The notes below the pieces were generated by a model. That model was given only the letters and a program-made list of their open reading frames with translations, was not told the origin of the DNA and did not search any database. Below are positions 20,302 through 53,579 of a stretch of DNA of 64,000 nt, piece after piece. Numbering within the stretch: position 1 is the first letter of the stretch; each line of letters starts with the position of its first letter. The position numbers were made by a program, and so were the translations under genes. The DNA is from Fimbriosthenelais zetlandica (taxonomy: Eukaryota), in contig OZ365109.1 in assembly GCA_977030845.1 (NCBI GenBank), positions 6,696,001 through 6,760,000 of the forward strand. Direction: 5' to 3'.

Positions 20302-20865
20302 TCTTTCTAGGGCCCTTTTCAGATTTGGCCACATCACTATAAATCATTCCTTTATTCATCCATTCTGAGGTTGTTGAATAACATTCATTGGCCTTGTTTA
20401 GGCTACTGTCCAGTAGGTAGTGAAGTAGCCTAGTGTGCAGTGCCAGTGTCTGACTGTGTCATAGGCCTCTATCATCTATCATCAGTATGGAGTGACTCAT
20501 ACACGCCTATGACGTCCATCACTCTTGCGTAATATAGGCCGATCTTACGCAATGTGAAAAAACAGTTGCCGAGAGGGGAAATTTATCCTTTGCCACGTTC
20601 CACAAACTATACTGTACGTATATGGAATTGGCAAAAATCAGTATAATGTCCTATTAAACCCTATTTCAAGCCTATGTTCCCACCCAAGAAAGTCCCTGGA
20701 ACTCTTCAGTACGAAGTCATGAAAAAAGCCTTACAAGTTACATCCGGGTTCCAGGAAAATTAAATAGGTCATTGGACATGCGCTCTGTAGACCACAACAG
20801 AGACTGTGATAAAAGCAGTAAGACAAGAGGAGCAAGAAACCACCATCTAGTGTATTATTATTTTT

Positions 20866-42196
<21,331 letters not shown>

Positions 42197-45100
42197 CGAG
42201 GTCCAGCTGAACCTAACCCTACTGTTCTACCACGACATAATTTTTTATCGTGTCCTCTCTAGAAATATGCCAACCAACCCCACCTCCTCTGTCTCAGACA
42301 CATTTACATATACATCTCTCATATATCTGTCTCTCGCTTTGTATCTTTCTCTCTTTCTGTCGCTCTGTCTGTCAGTCCCTCCTCTCTCTCTCTCCCCCCC
42401 TCTCTTTCCTCCGTCTTTTTCCTGCATATTTCTCGCCTTTTCTATGATTCTCCATCATTCTTGTCCCTTCCGCTTCATAATTCTTGCCTTCTCTCTGCCC
42501 CTTCATGCATTCCCTCTCACTCTATCCTTAATCTATCCATTTGTCTTTGAGGGGAAAATTATAATCTTGAAAGCAAGCTGGTCATCACTTATTATTATAG
42601 CATACTAATACAACTTTACTACTGCAGTTTCTAGACGTTCATTGATATGAAAGTAAAAACTCATGCAATTGTAATTATCATTACCCAATATATATAGTGG
42701 CAGCACCGAGGTCCACTCTTTGTATAACCCCAATGGTCATTAAGTTTATTATAGATGTATAAATATGTAGAATAGTTAGGCCCAATGAGACATGCAAGTG
42801 TTGGTTGGCTTCAGACTACTCTTTATCTTAGACTCCCTCTTTTTTGTGATATATCTAACTCATTTTCTGTCTGAAGTTTCATATAAATTGAAAGTTTTAA
42901 AATAATTTACATTGTACGTTCGATAGTTCTATAAAAGGAAAATAATCATTAATAAGAAGAATAGGTGTATAGCAAATTACAAGCTAGATTTGATCTTTAG
43001 CCTCCAGAGTTCTCTATGTTATGATTTGGCTAAGACCTGCAATCATCCTACTGAAGAAAAGCGAAGCCATTAAAGTATATTAGTTTGTGGTCTCTGACAT
43101 TTTCAATTGTTAAGAATGAAGCCGAGAGTATTGTTTAAGTGTTGTTTAAGATTTTGGCCATGTCATAGCATACAGATCTATTGGTGCTTGAATGGTCTGA
43201 TCCATTATTTTCAATCTAGATAAATACGCCAGCCCAAAGAAGAATGAATGAATGCACGTGTGCTTGAATTAGGAGTGTGGGATGTAAAAGAGGAAAGCAA
43301 TATGTACTATGGTAATCCATGCTTATTACCAGTTTGGGAGTAGATTTTTAAGCGCCAGTACTCGGTCCTGAATATGTAAAACCTCTGTGTATATATAATG
43401 AAAGATTCCCTTGTAATCTGTAATTAAATGAAAGACAAATAGTGAGTGGCATTTTAATCCATGTACAGACTCTTTGTAATCACAGTGCTAACAATAATCC
43501 TAGTTAATACGATGATGCTGGTGGGCAGGAATTAACCTGTTTATTACCAGTGCCTCAATGGACGACGCTGGGCTTAGCCATTAACAGGGTCTGTTAGAAC
43601 TTGCTTGAACTTGATAACACCTGAAGAAAAACCCTTCGCTGAATGATGCTCTGATAAATTTAGACGCACAAGTATCTGGGTTAAACGTTAATTATTATTT
43701 TGGCGTCAACACTATAATATTTTTGTGCACAGGGATTTCATTTCTCTACTTTATAGGGAAACCTGTGATTTGTATTAGTTCTTAACATGAGACTATTTCT
43801 TCTATTATTGTTGTGCTTAGATTGTAGAATTTTTTTTTATTGCTTTGAAAATGGATTCATAGGTCTATATTAGATCATGTTTAATTATTTCGGCACTAGA
43901 AAATTTCTCGTTTTAAATGTTCTATTCTCAACATATTTCACATGTTAGTGGAATTTGGGCATTTTTTCGGAATTAGTTTATGTTATTACAACCCATGACA
44001 AATTCTGCAATTAAATCTACAATGATAGCTTTATCATGTTGTAATGAGTTGGTAGGGGGAACAATCCTGCTTTGTGATAAATAGTTTATTGTTGAATGGA
44101 AATTTTCAAATTTTCACTGGTCAAACCGATTGGAAATATATGAATTTTTTAAAATCCTGAACTTAGAAGGATAGAAAGAATGACATGGAGCAAAGATTTG
44201 TGGTTCTGGCTGGACAGGTGCTAGTATAAGTCTTACATCAAATCAAGCTCTGTCCTTACCTCCTGTCTAGATGAGATAGAAGTCCCCGGCGTCTCTACTT
44301 TTATCATCAGACTGCCCTAAACATCATCAGACTGTCCCCTAACTCACCCATCCCCTCTCCCCCACAAAAATCACCCCCCACCCACTCCACCCACCACACT
44401 TAGTATTGTACCATTTGTATGTATATAACATGTATTACCAGATTGGCCACCCCGTGGTATGTGAATATTTGCATACACCAATTTTCTTTTCCTATATTTT
44501 TTTTAAAATTTTTCTTCTCTTTAAAGGTCTCTGTTGTATGATTTTAATGGAAATAATCTGGCATTACTATGTGCGACATATTTTTATGGGTATTAAATAC
44601 GGATCATTGTATGGAGTATATTTAAATGGGTGTTATTTAATCATGTTGGTGGTGATTATTCTTCGCGTTGTGACTATTTTTTCAGTTTACACATATTCCT
44701 TGATTTCATCAAATGTGATGTGTGGATTATGAGATTAAGTTTACTAGGGAAGCATTAAATAATAGTGGACCCTTGGGGGGTTTATAATTGAAAACCCCAG
44801 GTAGGATCATTCATTTTACCGTAATGATTTTCCCTATCGTACCAGAATGTGACGGAAGCAGTATCTTTTACATAAGACTTAAAATGTTGTTTATTGTAGG
44901 CACGTAATTTCATTTCAAAAGTGACCTCCATTCTACCTAGGTCACTCAGCTTGATATTGTCTAATTCGGTGGGTCATTTTTGCTGTAAATATTATACAAA
45001 CCAACATATATCAGTTGATAAACTGGAGCTTTTACATAATAAGGACCCAGTCATCTTACATCAAAAATATTTACAATAATGGGATCTAACCGATGTCTTT

Positions 45101-48100
45101 TTTTCTGAAATCTTGGTGTATTATATGAAATTATTATTAGATGTACGGGAATCATAATTTACCCATGTATTTCTAAAGAATTTCTCATAATAAATTTTGG
45201 AAATAAATATGTAGGTTGAAAATAAACAAAATAAAGACCATTCTATATATTATGATGACAATTTACTGCTTACGATTTGGGATGCATAGCTCCGCTCGAG
45301 GAATGTTCCTCGTAGATGTATACTTTCCCGTGGGAGTTGTTTGAATTAGAATGAATTATTTAAAATCAAATTATTCAACAAGTACATTTATGTGTCTAAT
45401 AATGATGTGTGAAATGATCATAGTTTGAACTTGCATGTTTGATGTAAGCTGACTATCATTTATAATGGAAATGTAATTTGCTGTGAACATCGTTTTTGTC
45501 CCGTATAGACCCCGTCTCTCCTTGCACGAATCGCTCTCATAAATTTCAAGATAAAACCAAGGTCCAATCCACCCTATTATATCTACCCCTTTGAGTGTAC
45601 TCATAAAACCTGAGTTTCCTTCTCTAGCTAGATGGATTTTGATATGTGTCAACAATTGACATTTTGGGATACCTTGTACAAGAAAGAACCCAAAATATTA
45701 ATTGTTATTGACGTTTATAGTAAAATGATTTATAACAAACGAGATTTTCAGCGTATTTTGTCTTTTCTTCCGTCATTTTCTAATTCAAACATTTGGTCAA
45801 TTTTTTCCATGACCTCTAGATTTTCAACGAATTATTCAGTTTTCAATCTTTGTGCCTAAACGTACGCTTTTGCAGACGTTAAGAAGTCCAAACCCATATT
45901 TTTTTGTTTCAATACGAAAATCAGGAGTAGGAACTCTAGGACCTACGTAAGCAACGCGGCAGCACCATGAGTAGACTGCCAGTTATAGCTCAGGCATTTT
46001 ATTTCCAACCCTTCGATATTTTCATTCAATTAGTTTGTATTATAGGCTTCTGAATGAACTGCCACTGTAGCCATCTGAGAATTCAAAACCAAAAAGCAAA
46101 TCTTCCAAGTCACAACTTGATTTATTTGTAAATAGGGACATACAAAATACCATTATTGCAAATTGACAATAAATAACCACAGGCTAGTAGTATATAAGCA
46201 TTATCAATGACACGGCATCACCTGGCCAAAGATTCCTTAATTATTCCCTCGCGTGATGATTAGTATACAAACAAGCCTACAGAGGGCGGTCGGATCTGTG
46301 TGACTTAATCGTGTCACACAAGATGAAGTAGAGTGGTGTCCCACATATTTTTCTTATACTGTGTTCATACCTCTTTAAATCCAGTATACATGTTAAAAAA
46401 ACCTATTGGAGTAACTTGATAAAATTACAACCGTGACCCTCCATTAATGTTTTGACGTATTTTTCCTTTACATAAATCGGTGTAGATATTTCTATCCAAA
46501 TTTGACTTTCAACAAAACCAGGGAAAATCAACATGAAAATGTCATTTACAAAAAAAGAAACGTGATCAAGCAGAAATAAGTGTAGTGGATGTATTTCAAG
46601 GGCATAAAATTGCATCAGCATCATTTACAATTTCCCTACAGACGGCCACTTTTCTACCCTCAAAATTACACAACAAAACTGACTGCAAATTACTACAAAA
46701 ATCAACCCTGGAAAAATTAACAGAATTGTTTTCACACAAACACGCATATCTAAGGGGAATTGTGATAACCTTATACATAATGGTGAACAGGATTTTAAAA
46801 ATCTGTCCAAATATTTCATCTTAATCATCGGCTATAATTTATAATAAATTCCACTTGACAGCAATTTATAAACATCTTTCCAAGAATCTATTTCCGAAAA
46901 AGATTGAATAACAGCCAAAATCAAGTAACTTATTAGAAATGTGCAAGATACAATTGGAGAAGAAATAAAGCATTCTCAAGGCTTTTCATCTGTCTTGAAA
47001 CATTATCAATCGCTTAATGTATCTACCATGTAAAACTGCAGTTAAATTTACAAAAACCGATGTCCGGACTTAAGCAGGAATCCCCGACTAGCCTCATTGA
47101 AAAATCCATGTATAATTAAACAGATTTAATGGGGATATGGAAAAATATTGGGAGTGATCATTCTGCTAGTAGCTAGTGACGATAGTCTACAGCCTTTGTG
47201 TCGAGAGTTTAAACAATAGGTGTGGGTGGGTAGGAAATAATATAGGAAAGAGAGGACAGCGTTTTTCTACCTATCTATAGTACATGTTGCGTCCCCTGTG
47301 TGGCGCCACCATCGTATGGTTTGATATTCGTTTACCAATATATGGGGCGTTTCGACAATATCTACACCTAAATCCACAAGTCCCATTCACCTAATGATTA
47401 CCATCTTGGACATGCCATACCTGTCCCACGAATGCCCCACATCCCCAATAGAAACCTTTGTGTGCCATATATAAGCCAGTCATGTATTAGCCAATACCGC
47501 ACACAACGATTTAACCCCTCCAACCAGCCAAGTGCTAAATCGAATCACATTTACAGGTAATAAAATATACACGGCCTGGTTCATGTGTTACCTTTATATT
47601 AACATCTGCTGGGTTTTTTATGGTAACATATCAAAATTCGTCTTGAAAATCCACCACCAATAAATTTAAATTGACTGTTTTACAGGATCGCATATCTGAT
47701 GTTGTAGAAAATCGCACTCATTCCTTGCCATGTTTAGTTCAGGATGCCTTTTTTCAGCACTACTTTCCAATGGGGGACGATACCATCAATTTAAATACAC
47801 ATGGGGATGAGGCATTACATGATGGTGAATAAGTTTTTCATTCTATAATCCGGATTATTTTAAGTAGTGCTGATCATTAGCCAATATCAGACAGGTAGAA
47901 AATATTCTTATATCAGTAAAATCAATAGGGCAGACATAGAGGGAATAATAGTACTACACACGCAAAAGAAAACTTCGCCAAACAGTGATTCATCCCTAAA
48001 GCAACTCACAATATTAGAATATCTTCATGTTCCGATTTTCTTTTTACAAATCATTCACAAATTCACTAGCTTTGGACGAGCTAACACTTTTGGAAAACCT

Positions 48101-49889
48101 TGTGGGGTTAGCTCTTCTGTGGTATAAGAACCTAAGTCAAAATTTTATATATATACGTATCACCGCTTATGATAATTTTTGTCTGTGGTTTCTTTACATT
48201 AGAATATATAATAACGTGAACAGGCCAATACATATATAGATATAGTACATATATATTTATACATTATACTTTTGTTTCCTCCTGAGCCAGTTTCACCCAG
48301 TTTTAAATAATCCTAGTCAACCTTCAATGCCCACCTAAGTTATCCATGCACTACGCCTTTGGGCGTATTGATATCTTTGTAAACTAATAATGTATACAAT
48401 TGTCCTAGGCGTTAATTTTTGACTTAACTTACAACTCACCCACACAGTTATGTCCACAAAAAAATTGCCCCACCAAATGTACACTAAAATGATTAGGAAC
48501 ACCCCCATCACACACAGTCAGTTCAGTAGTTTGCTCCATGGAAATGATATCAGAAGTAGATGCGAACCTGTAGTACAGTTCTACTCATTACCACTAACTT
48601 AAATAATCTGAAGACTATCAGCGCGTTCTGAAGACATGAATGAATGATTTCCTGAAGACACCATGAGGAGTGAATGAATTGATTGATGGTTATTATAACA
48701 GGTCTGCCACTTGGAGAGTTGAATACCCAACTGTCACACAATAGATTATCTAACATTCAACTGGCCAACACAATAGTTTCGTCTCCTGCTCGACCTCCTC
48801 CTCCTCCTCTTTTCCAAAAAAACCTCCTTCAAATCACTACCCTGTAGCTTATCCTTTACCCATGAAAGAGTTATCTGGTACATCAAAAATAATTGTACTA
48901 CCACGAGGTTTTGTTCATTCAAAACTTCTATTTTCCTGGCCTTAAGACCTTTTAGATGTTCCATTACAAAACAGACATGTTAACCTCCAAGTGGGACAGG
49001 AACTTGGCCCCCTGCTCCTCCCATAGTCAGACCACCACCCACCCCCAGGAACTGCTGCCTCCGAGTGACGGTCACTGAAAAGTGTCCACGAGGATCCAAC
49101 CAAAGTTCACAGCCTACAGTTCCACATACACAAAGGTCCAACAAGCGAACAGCACATCATCACCACCTCACGTCTAAAGTGGACCAGTGGGCAGGTGCCC
49201 CTCCACAAGCTAACCAACCATGCTTGTGTGATATTCAGAACGGCCAGCCTTGGAGAGAACCAAGTTGAAGGAGCATTTTAAGCCGCATAATTATGATGGG
49301 CTTTACATTTTGCATTCATTGGAAAAAGGCGCATGTATAGATGCATTGTTCAGCATGTGAAAATGATAACCACCCTTGCTTTAAAATTAACTAAAGCCGT
49401 TGGAATAAGACAAACTCTTTGTTTGAAATGATCAGTGAGAAAACGCTTCCCTTTCAGAAACCCCCGAGTACCCTCTCCAGAGCGTGCAAGGCATTGCCAC
49501 TGGTCGTGTACCAACTTCCTATTGATTATATACATCCGACACGCATCCTACAACACGAAAAACCCAAATGGGGCCCACAAACAACAAAATAACTTCTTGA
49601 AAGTGTCACTTTCCTGTTGCGTTTCCTTTCCTAAGATGAAATAGTGTGCTAGCCATTTCTTTTGAGTCGAGACTAATAATGTTCTGCAGTAATGGATATG
49701 CTTTGTTTTTGGTGATACAGATAAAATATCCTCCCTTGATGGAAAACCAGGTGTCATTTTGTCAACCTGTGACTGTTACCCTTTTGCTTGACCAACAAGC
49801 GACACTTCCTCATGGGAGCCAGTGGGCAAAAAAGCAGTAGGAGTAATTTTTGAAGTAGACAAGAGATGATTTAGTGATTTATCAACATA

Positions 49890-52800
49890 TCAACTCTTCC
49901 AGAGGGCCGAGTTTTGTGCAAGGCTGCGTGGGGGGATCATGTCCAGGAGGTATTGTCGCTGGAGCTCGGCCTTGGAGGACATGACTGTTTGGAAGGGGAA
50001 GGCGAGGCGAGGGTTAAACTGTAGTGACATGGGGTTGACACCACGTAGCTGGGCCTGGTGAGCTTGGATCAGGTTCTGATGTTGGCGGATCTGCTCCGTG
50101 GTCGGTTTAAGCGTCGTGGAGAGGTTCATAGGTGAGGCTGAATGAGCAGCAGCTATTTGAGCCAAATGGTGATGAGAACTGAGACCCCCACCATGGGACG
50201 AGGTATGGGCTGCCTGAACCGCCTGTGCTGCAGCCTGAGCCGCGGCAGCTGCCGCAGCTTTCTCTCGGTCTCGATCTCTCTCACGTTGTTGCTGCTCACG
50301 TTGTTGCTGCTGTTGTTGCTGCTGTTGCTGTTGCTGCATGCGTTGCTCAATCTCCTGCTCCTGCTGCAGGGCTTTGACAAAGGCTGATTTGAGGCGGTTG
50401 GTGTGCTCCTGCTTGAGCGCCTTCTTCTGGTTGGTTGTCACACAGGTCTCGCAGATGACATTCTTCGATCCAGGTTTGTCCCGTTTCCAAACGGGAGTGA
50501 AGTCGGTGCCACATTGTACACATACAAATGGATTGAACACATACTTAACATCAGGTTTGATGTCCCCTTTAGAGCGAGCGTCCGTCTCAGTGATATGCTT
50601 GACCACTTCTTCCAGTCCCACCAACAGGATGAACTCGTTACCCAGTAGACTAGGGATGAAGTTCATCTCTGGCGGGGGTGGTTTGGGTGGAGGGATTTGG
50701 AGCAGAGTTTTCTCAAGTTGTTTCCGCAGGGCAAGCTTGGCTGCTGCCTGTCGCTGAGCAGGCGTCTGCTCTGGCTGTGTTGGGGCGGTCTGCTGGTGAG
50801 AGTGGGACGAAGAATGGTGCGAAGAATGGGAAGAGTGAGATTGGATGGGTATGGACCCATGGAAGTTACTGGACGTAACCGAGCCACCTGAACTGTTGGA
50901 GCTGCTGCTTCGGATGTGATGAGAACCTACATGATTAGAGTTGCGATGGGCCATGATCAGAGGTGGTGGGCCTTGTCCGTGAGAGCTGGAGCCGGAATGG
51001 GACCGATGATGGGAACTGGTCTGTCCACGCATTAATTGCATCATCTGTGCTTGCTGCTTGCTGTGCATTGGGATCTGACTATTGTTACCGCCCCGCACTA
51101 ACGGAGGTGGACCATGCTGTCCACGTGGCAGCTGGTTCTTCACGGCTGTATTTGGTGGTTGTGTTGGTGGTGTCACGTGATTCTGTTCCTGTAGATGAAC
51201 CATCACTTGGCTCTGGCGGATCTTCTTCAGCAAGACTAACTTTGCCTCTTCGTTCCTCAGCTCTTCCTGTAAAGCACGGATGAGTTTCCGTCGCTCCTTG
51301 GTTTTATCAGAACTAGAAAGCTTGGTGGTTTTGCGCCCATTTTCATTCTCATCATCGGATAACATTATGACATCCCCAGTTGGGGAACCTGGCTTAGCTG
51401 ATAAGTCCATGGGTGCACTAAGGTCCATCGGACACTCTGTGTTTTCTTTATCACTATCTGAGCCCTTCTCACTGCCAGCATCACCGTTGGCATGGACTAT
51501 TTCAGGCTCTCCTGTCTTTTTCTCACTTTTTTTGTTATCTGTGGCCACATTGTCTTTAGCTACAGAACTCTTGTCTTTAGAGCGAGTCACACGTACATTA
51601 ATCTCTGGGGCAATGCTCTCATTACTTTCCTCAGAGACATCTTTGTCCTCCGTTTTATCTGATTTGTCCTCCGTTTTGTCGGATTTGTCCTCAGTTTTAT
51701 CTGATTTGTCCTCAGTTTTATCTGATTTGTCCTCAGTTTTATCTGATTTGACCTCAGTTTTATCTGATTTGACCTCAGTTTTATCTGATTTGTCTTCAGC
51801 CATATCTGATTTGTCCACAGTTTTATCTGATTTGTCCTCAGTTTTATCTGATTTGTCCTCAGTTTTATCTGATTTGTCCTCAGTATTATCTGATTTGTCC
51901 TCAGTTATATCTGATTTCTCCTCAGTTTTGTCTGATTTCTCATCAGTCTTGTCAGAGTCTTTCCCTGAAGTCAGATTATCATTATTGTCAGCTGATTCTA
52001 TGCCAGGCTCCTCGGGATCAGCTTCAGGGTCAGCCTTGGATTCCTCATTCTCCTCTGGCTTTTCTGAGAGAACAGGAGCCTCGGATTCCTCCTCCTCTGA
52101 TCCACTAGTGCCATTCTCAGCTGGTTTCTTGGCATTCACTTCATCAGGTTTATGATCATCTTCCTTCTGATCGCTACCCTCAGAGTCGGAGGCACGTAGT
52201 CTGTAAAGAGAATGGTAGATCTAGTGTCAAGAAAAGCATAGGCCTACATTATATAACTCCATCACAATTTTTCACTAAATGAGTCTAAAATCGCAAAAAT
52301 GTATTTTGAGTTAGTTGCAGATTCATATAGATCAGATCACGAGCGTTCCAATGTTGTATAGCACAATACGATGTGAAAAATATTTATATTTTTAATAAAA
52401 TAAAAGTAGTGGCAGCAGAAAACTAGAGAAATTTCAGACAATTTTCTGTCCAACTGGGAGAAATCTTGAACAAATCACGCTCAAGGGTGAACTCTTCTCA
52501 ATTTCACTCACAAAAAGAGTAAAAACTTTGTATCCTGGCTTTAATTGCGAAAATGCTAAGAGAAATAGGTGGTACAAGTACAACGCTGTCAGGCCTGTAG
52601 CTCCGAATCGCCCTGCGCGACTTTTGGCTTATTTAGTGAAAACACATCACAATTGTCATGTGTTTAAGACCTACAATATTTTACAGAAACCTGAATTAGT
52701 GCCGTTTACAGTTACTAAACATAGTCATTTTGTCCATGATTAATTAAATGTAGATAGTTCTGAACATTTCAGCCCAGATGACTCACCGTTTTTGTGAATT

Positions 52801-53579
52801 TTCTTCACTTTCTGACAACTTTTCATCTTCTGTGATTTCGTCATCAAGTTTTCGTTTCTGACCCTTGAGATCAGATTTCTTTTTCTCCACTTCACTGTCA
52901 GATCTGTAAACAAAGGGTGATAACATAGAATCGAGATGATCAAAATCGTGTTTGAAATTCTAATAAAAATGCCTTACAGCATTACAGGATTTCCCGCAGT
53001 TCATGAAAACAGAGTTTTCCCTGAGTAAGCCCTTAAATTCCAGGAGATTTCAGTCATATGTTAATGAAGCATTATGTGGCAGGCATGGGATTGTACGCGT
53101 GAATCTCCGAAAGGTTGAAATTCCCTGAGTTTTCCTTCATTTTTTTCAGTTTTTATCAAATTCCCCGAGTTTTCCCTATCTGGAAAAAGTGAAACTCCTT
53201 TTCCATTTTTCCCCGGTTTCCAGAATCACTGGGAACCCAGCATTAGATGGCGTCATGTTCGAAAGTCTGCTGCTGCCATCTAGTGCATCTTTCTAACACC
53301 ACACACCAGGAAGACTGCTTTTATCATTTCTACATTGAAGCCTTTAAGGACCCGGCATATTTTCTGGACGAACAAGACATTTTTAAACAGTTTTTTTTCT
53401 AACAGATGACATTTTTAAATGTCACAGGACCCAGGCCATTATCATGTTCAAGAATCTTTCACAAATTTAAGGAGCAGTGGGTGATAGCAGTTATTTACTT
53501 ACTCCATCTTATTCTCAGTGAGCACAGAATTCTCCTTGATTTCTGTCGAATCAAGCTTCTCCTCTTGTTTGTCCGACAT
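49890..53579 (-). CDS. GATAD2: GATAD2/p66 transcriptional repressor (NuRD subunit), 834 aa; coding exons 53579-53503, 52903-52787, 52200-49890
   Basis: MSDKQEEK start in good context (gccatcATG); GT-AG introns in phase 2,2. CR1 coiled coil RRKLIRALQEELRNEEAKLVLLKKIRQSQ; QRQAAAKLALRKQLEKTLLQIPPPKPPPPEMNFIPS; CR2 GATA-type finger CVQCGTDFTPVWK...ICETC (50442-50522); KALKQEHTNRLKSAFVKALQQEQEIEQR; C-terminal QRQYLLDMIPPRSL. Confidence 0.95.
51642..51956 (-). repeat. Coding 21-bp tandem repeat, ~15 units, encoding (EDKSDKT)n in GATAD2
   Basis: Plus-strand unit tttgtcctcagttttatctga is repeated with variants; translation DKTEDKS repeated. Confidence 0.95.
52985..53238 (-). mobile_element. hAT-like MITE, inverted copy of the 37352/39639 family, in GATAD2 coding intron 1
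   Basis: Ends cactgggaaccc; contains gttgaaattccctgagttttcc, the reverse complement of the family core. Confidence 0.7.

Noticed and set aside
51280-52155. 291-aa plus-strand ORF antisense to GATAD2 (also 50338-50757 and others)
   Set aside because: Shadow ORFs caused by the repetitive, biased codon content of the GATAD2 exon; Ser/Leu low-complexity; no independent gene signals.
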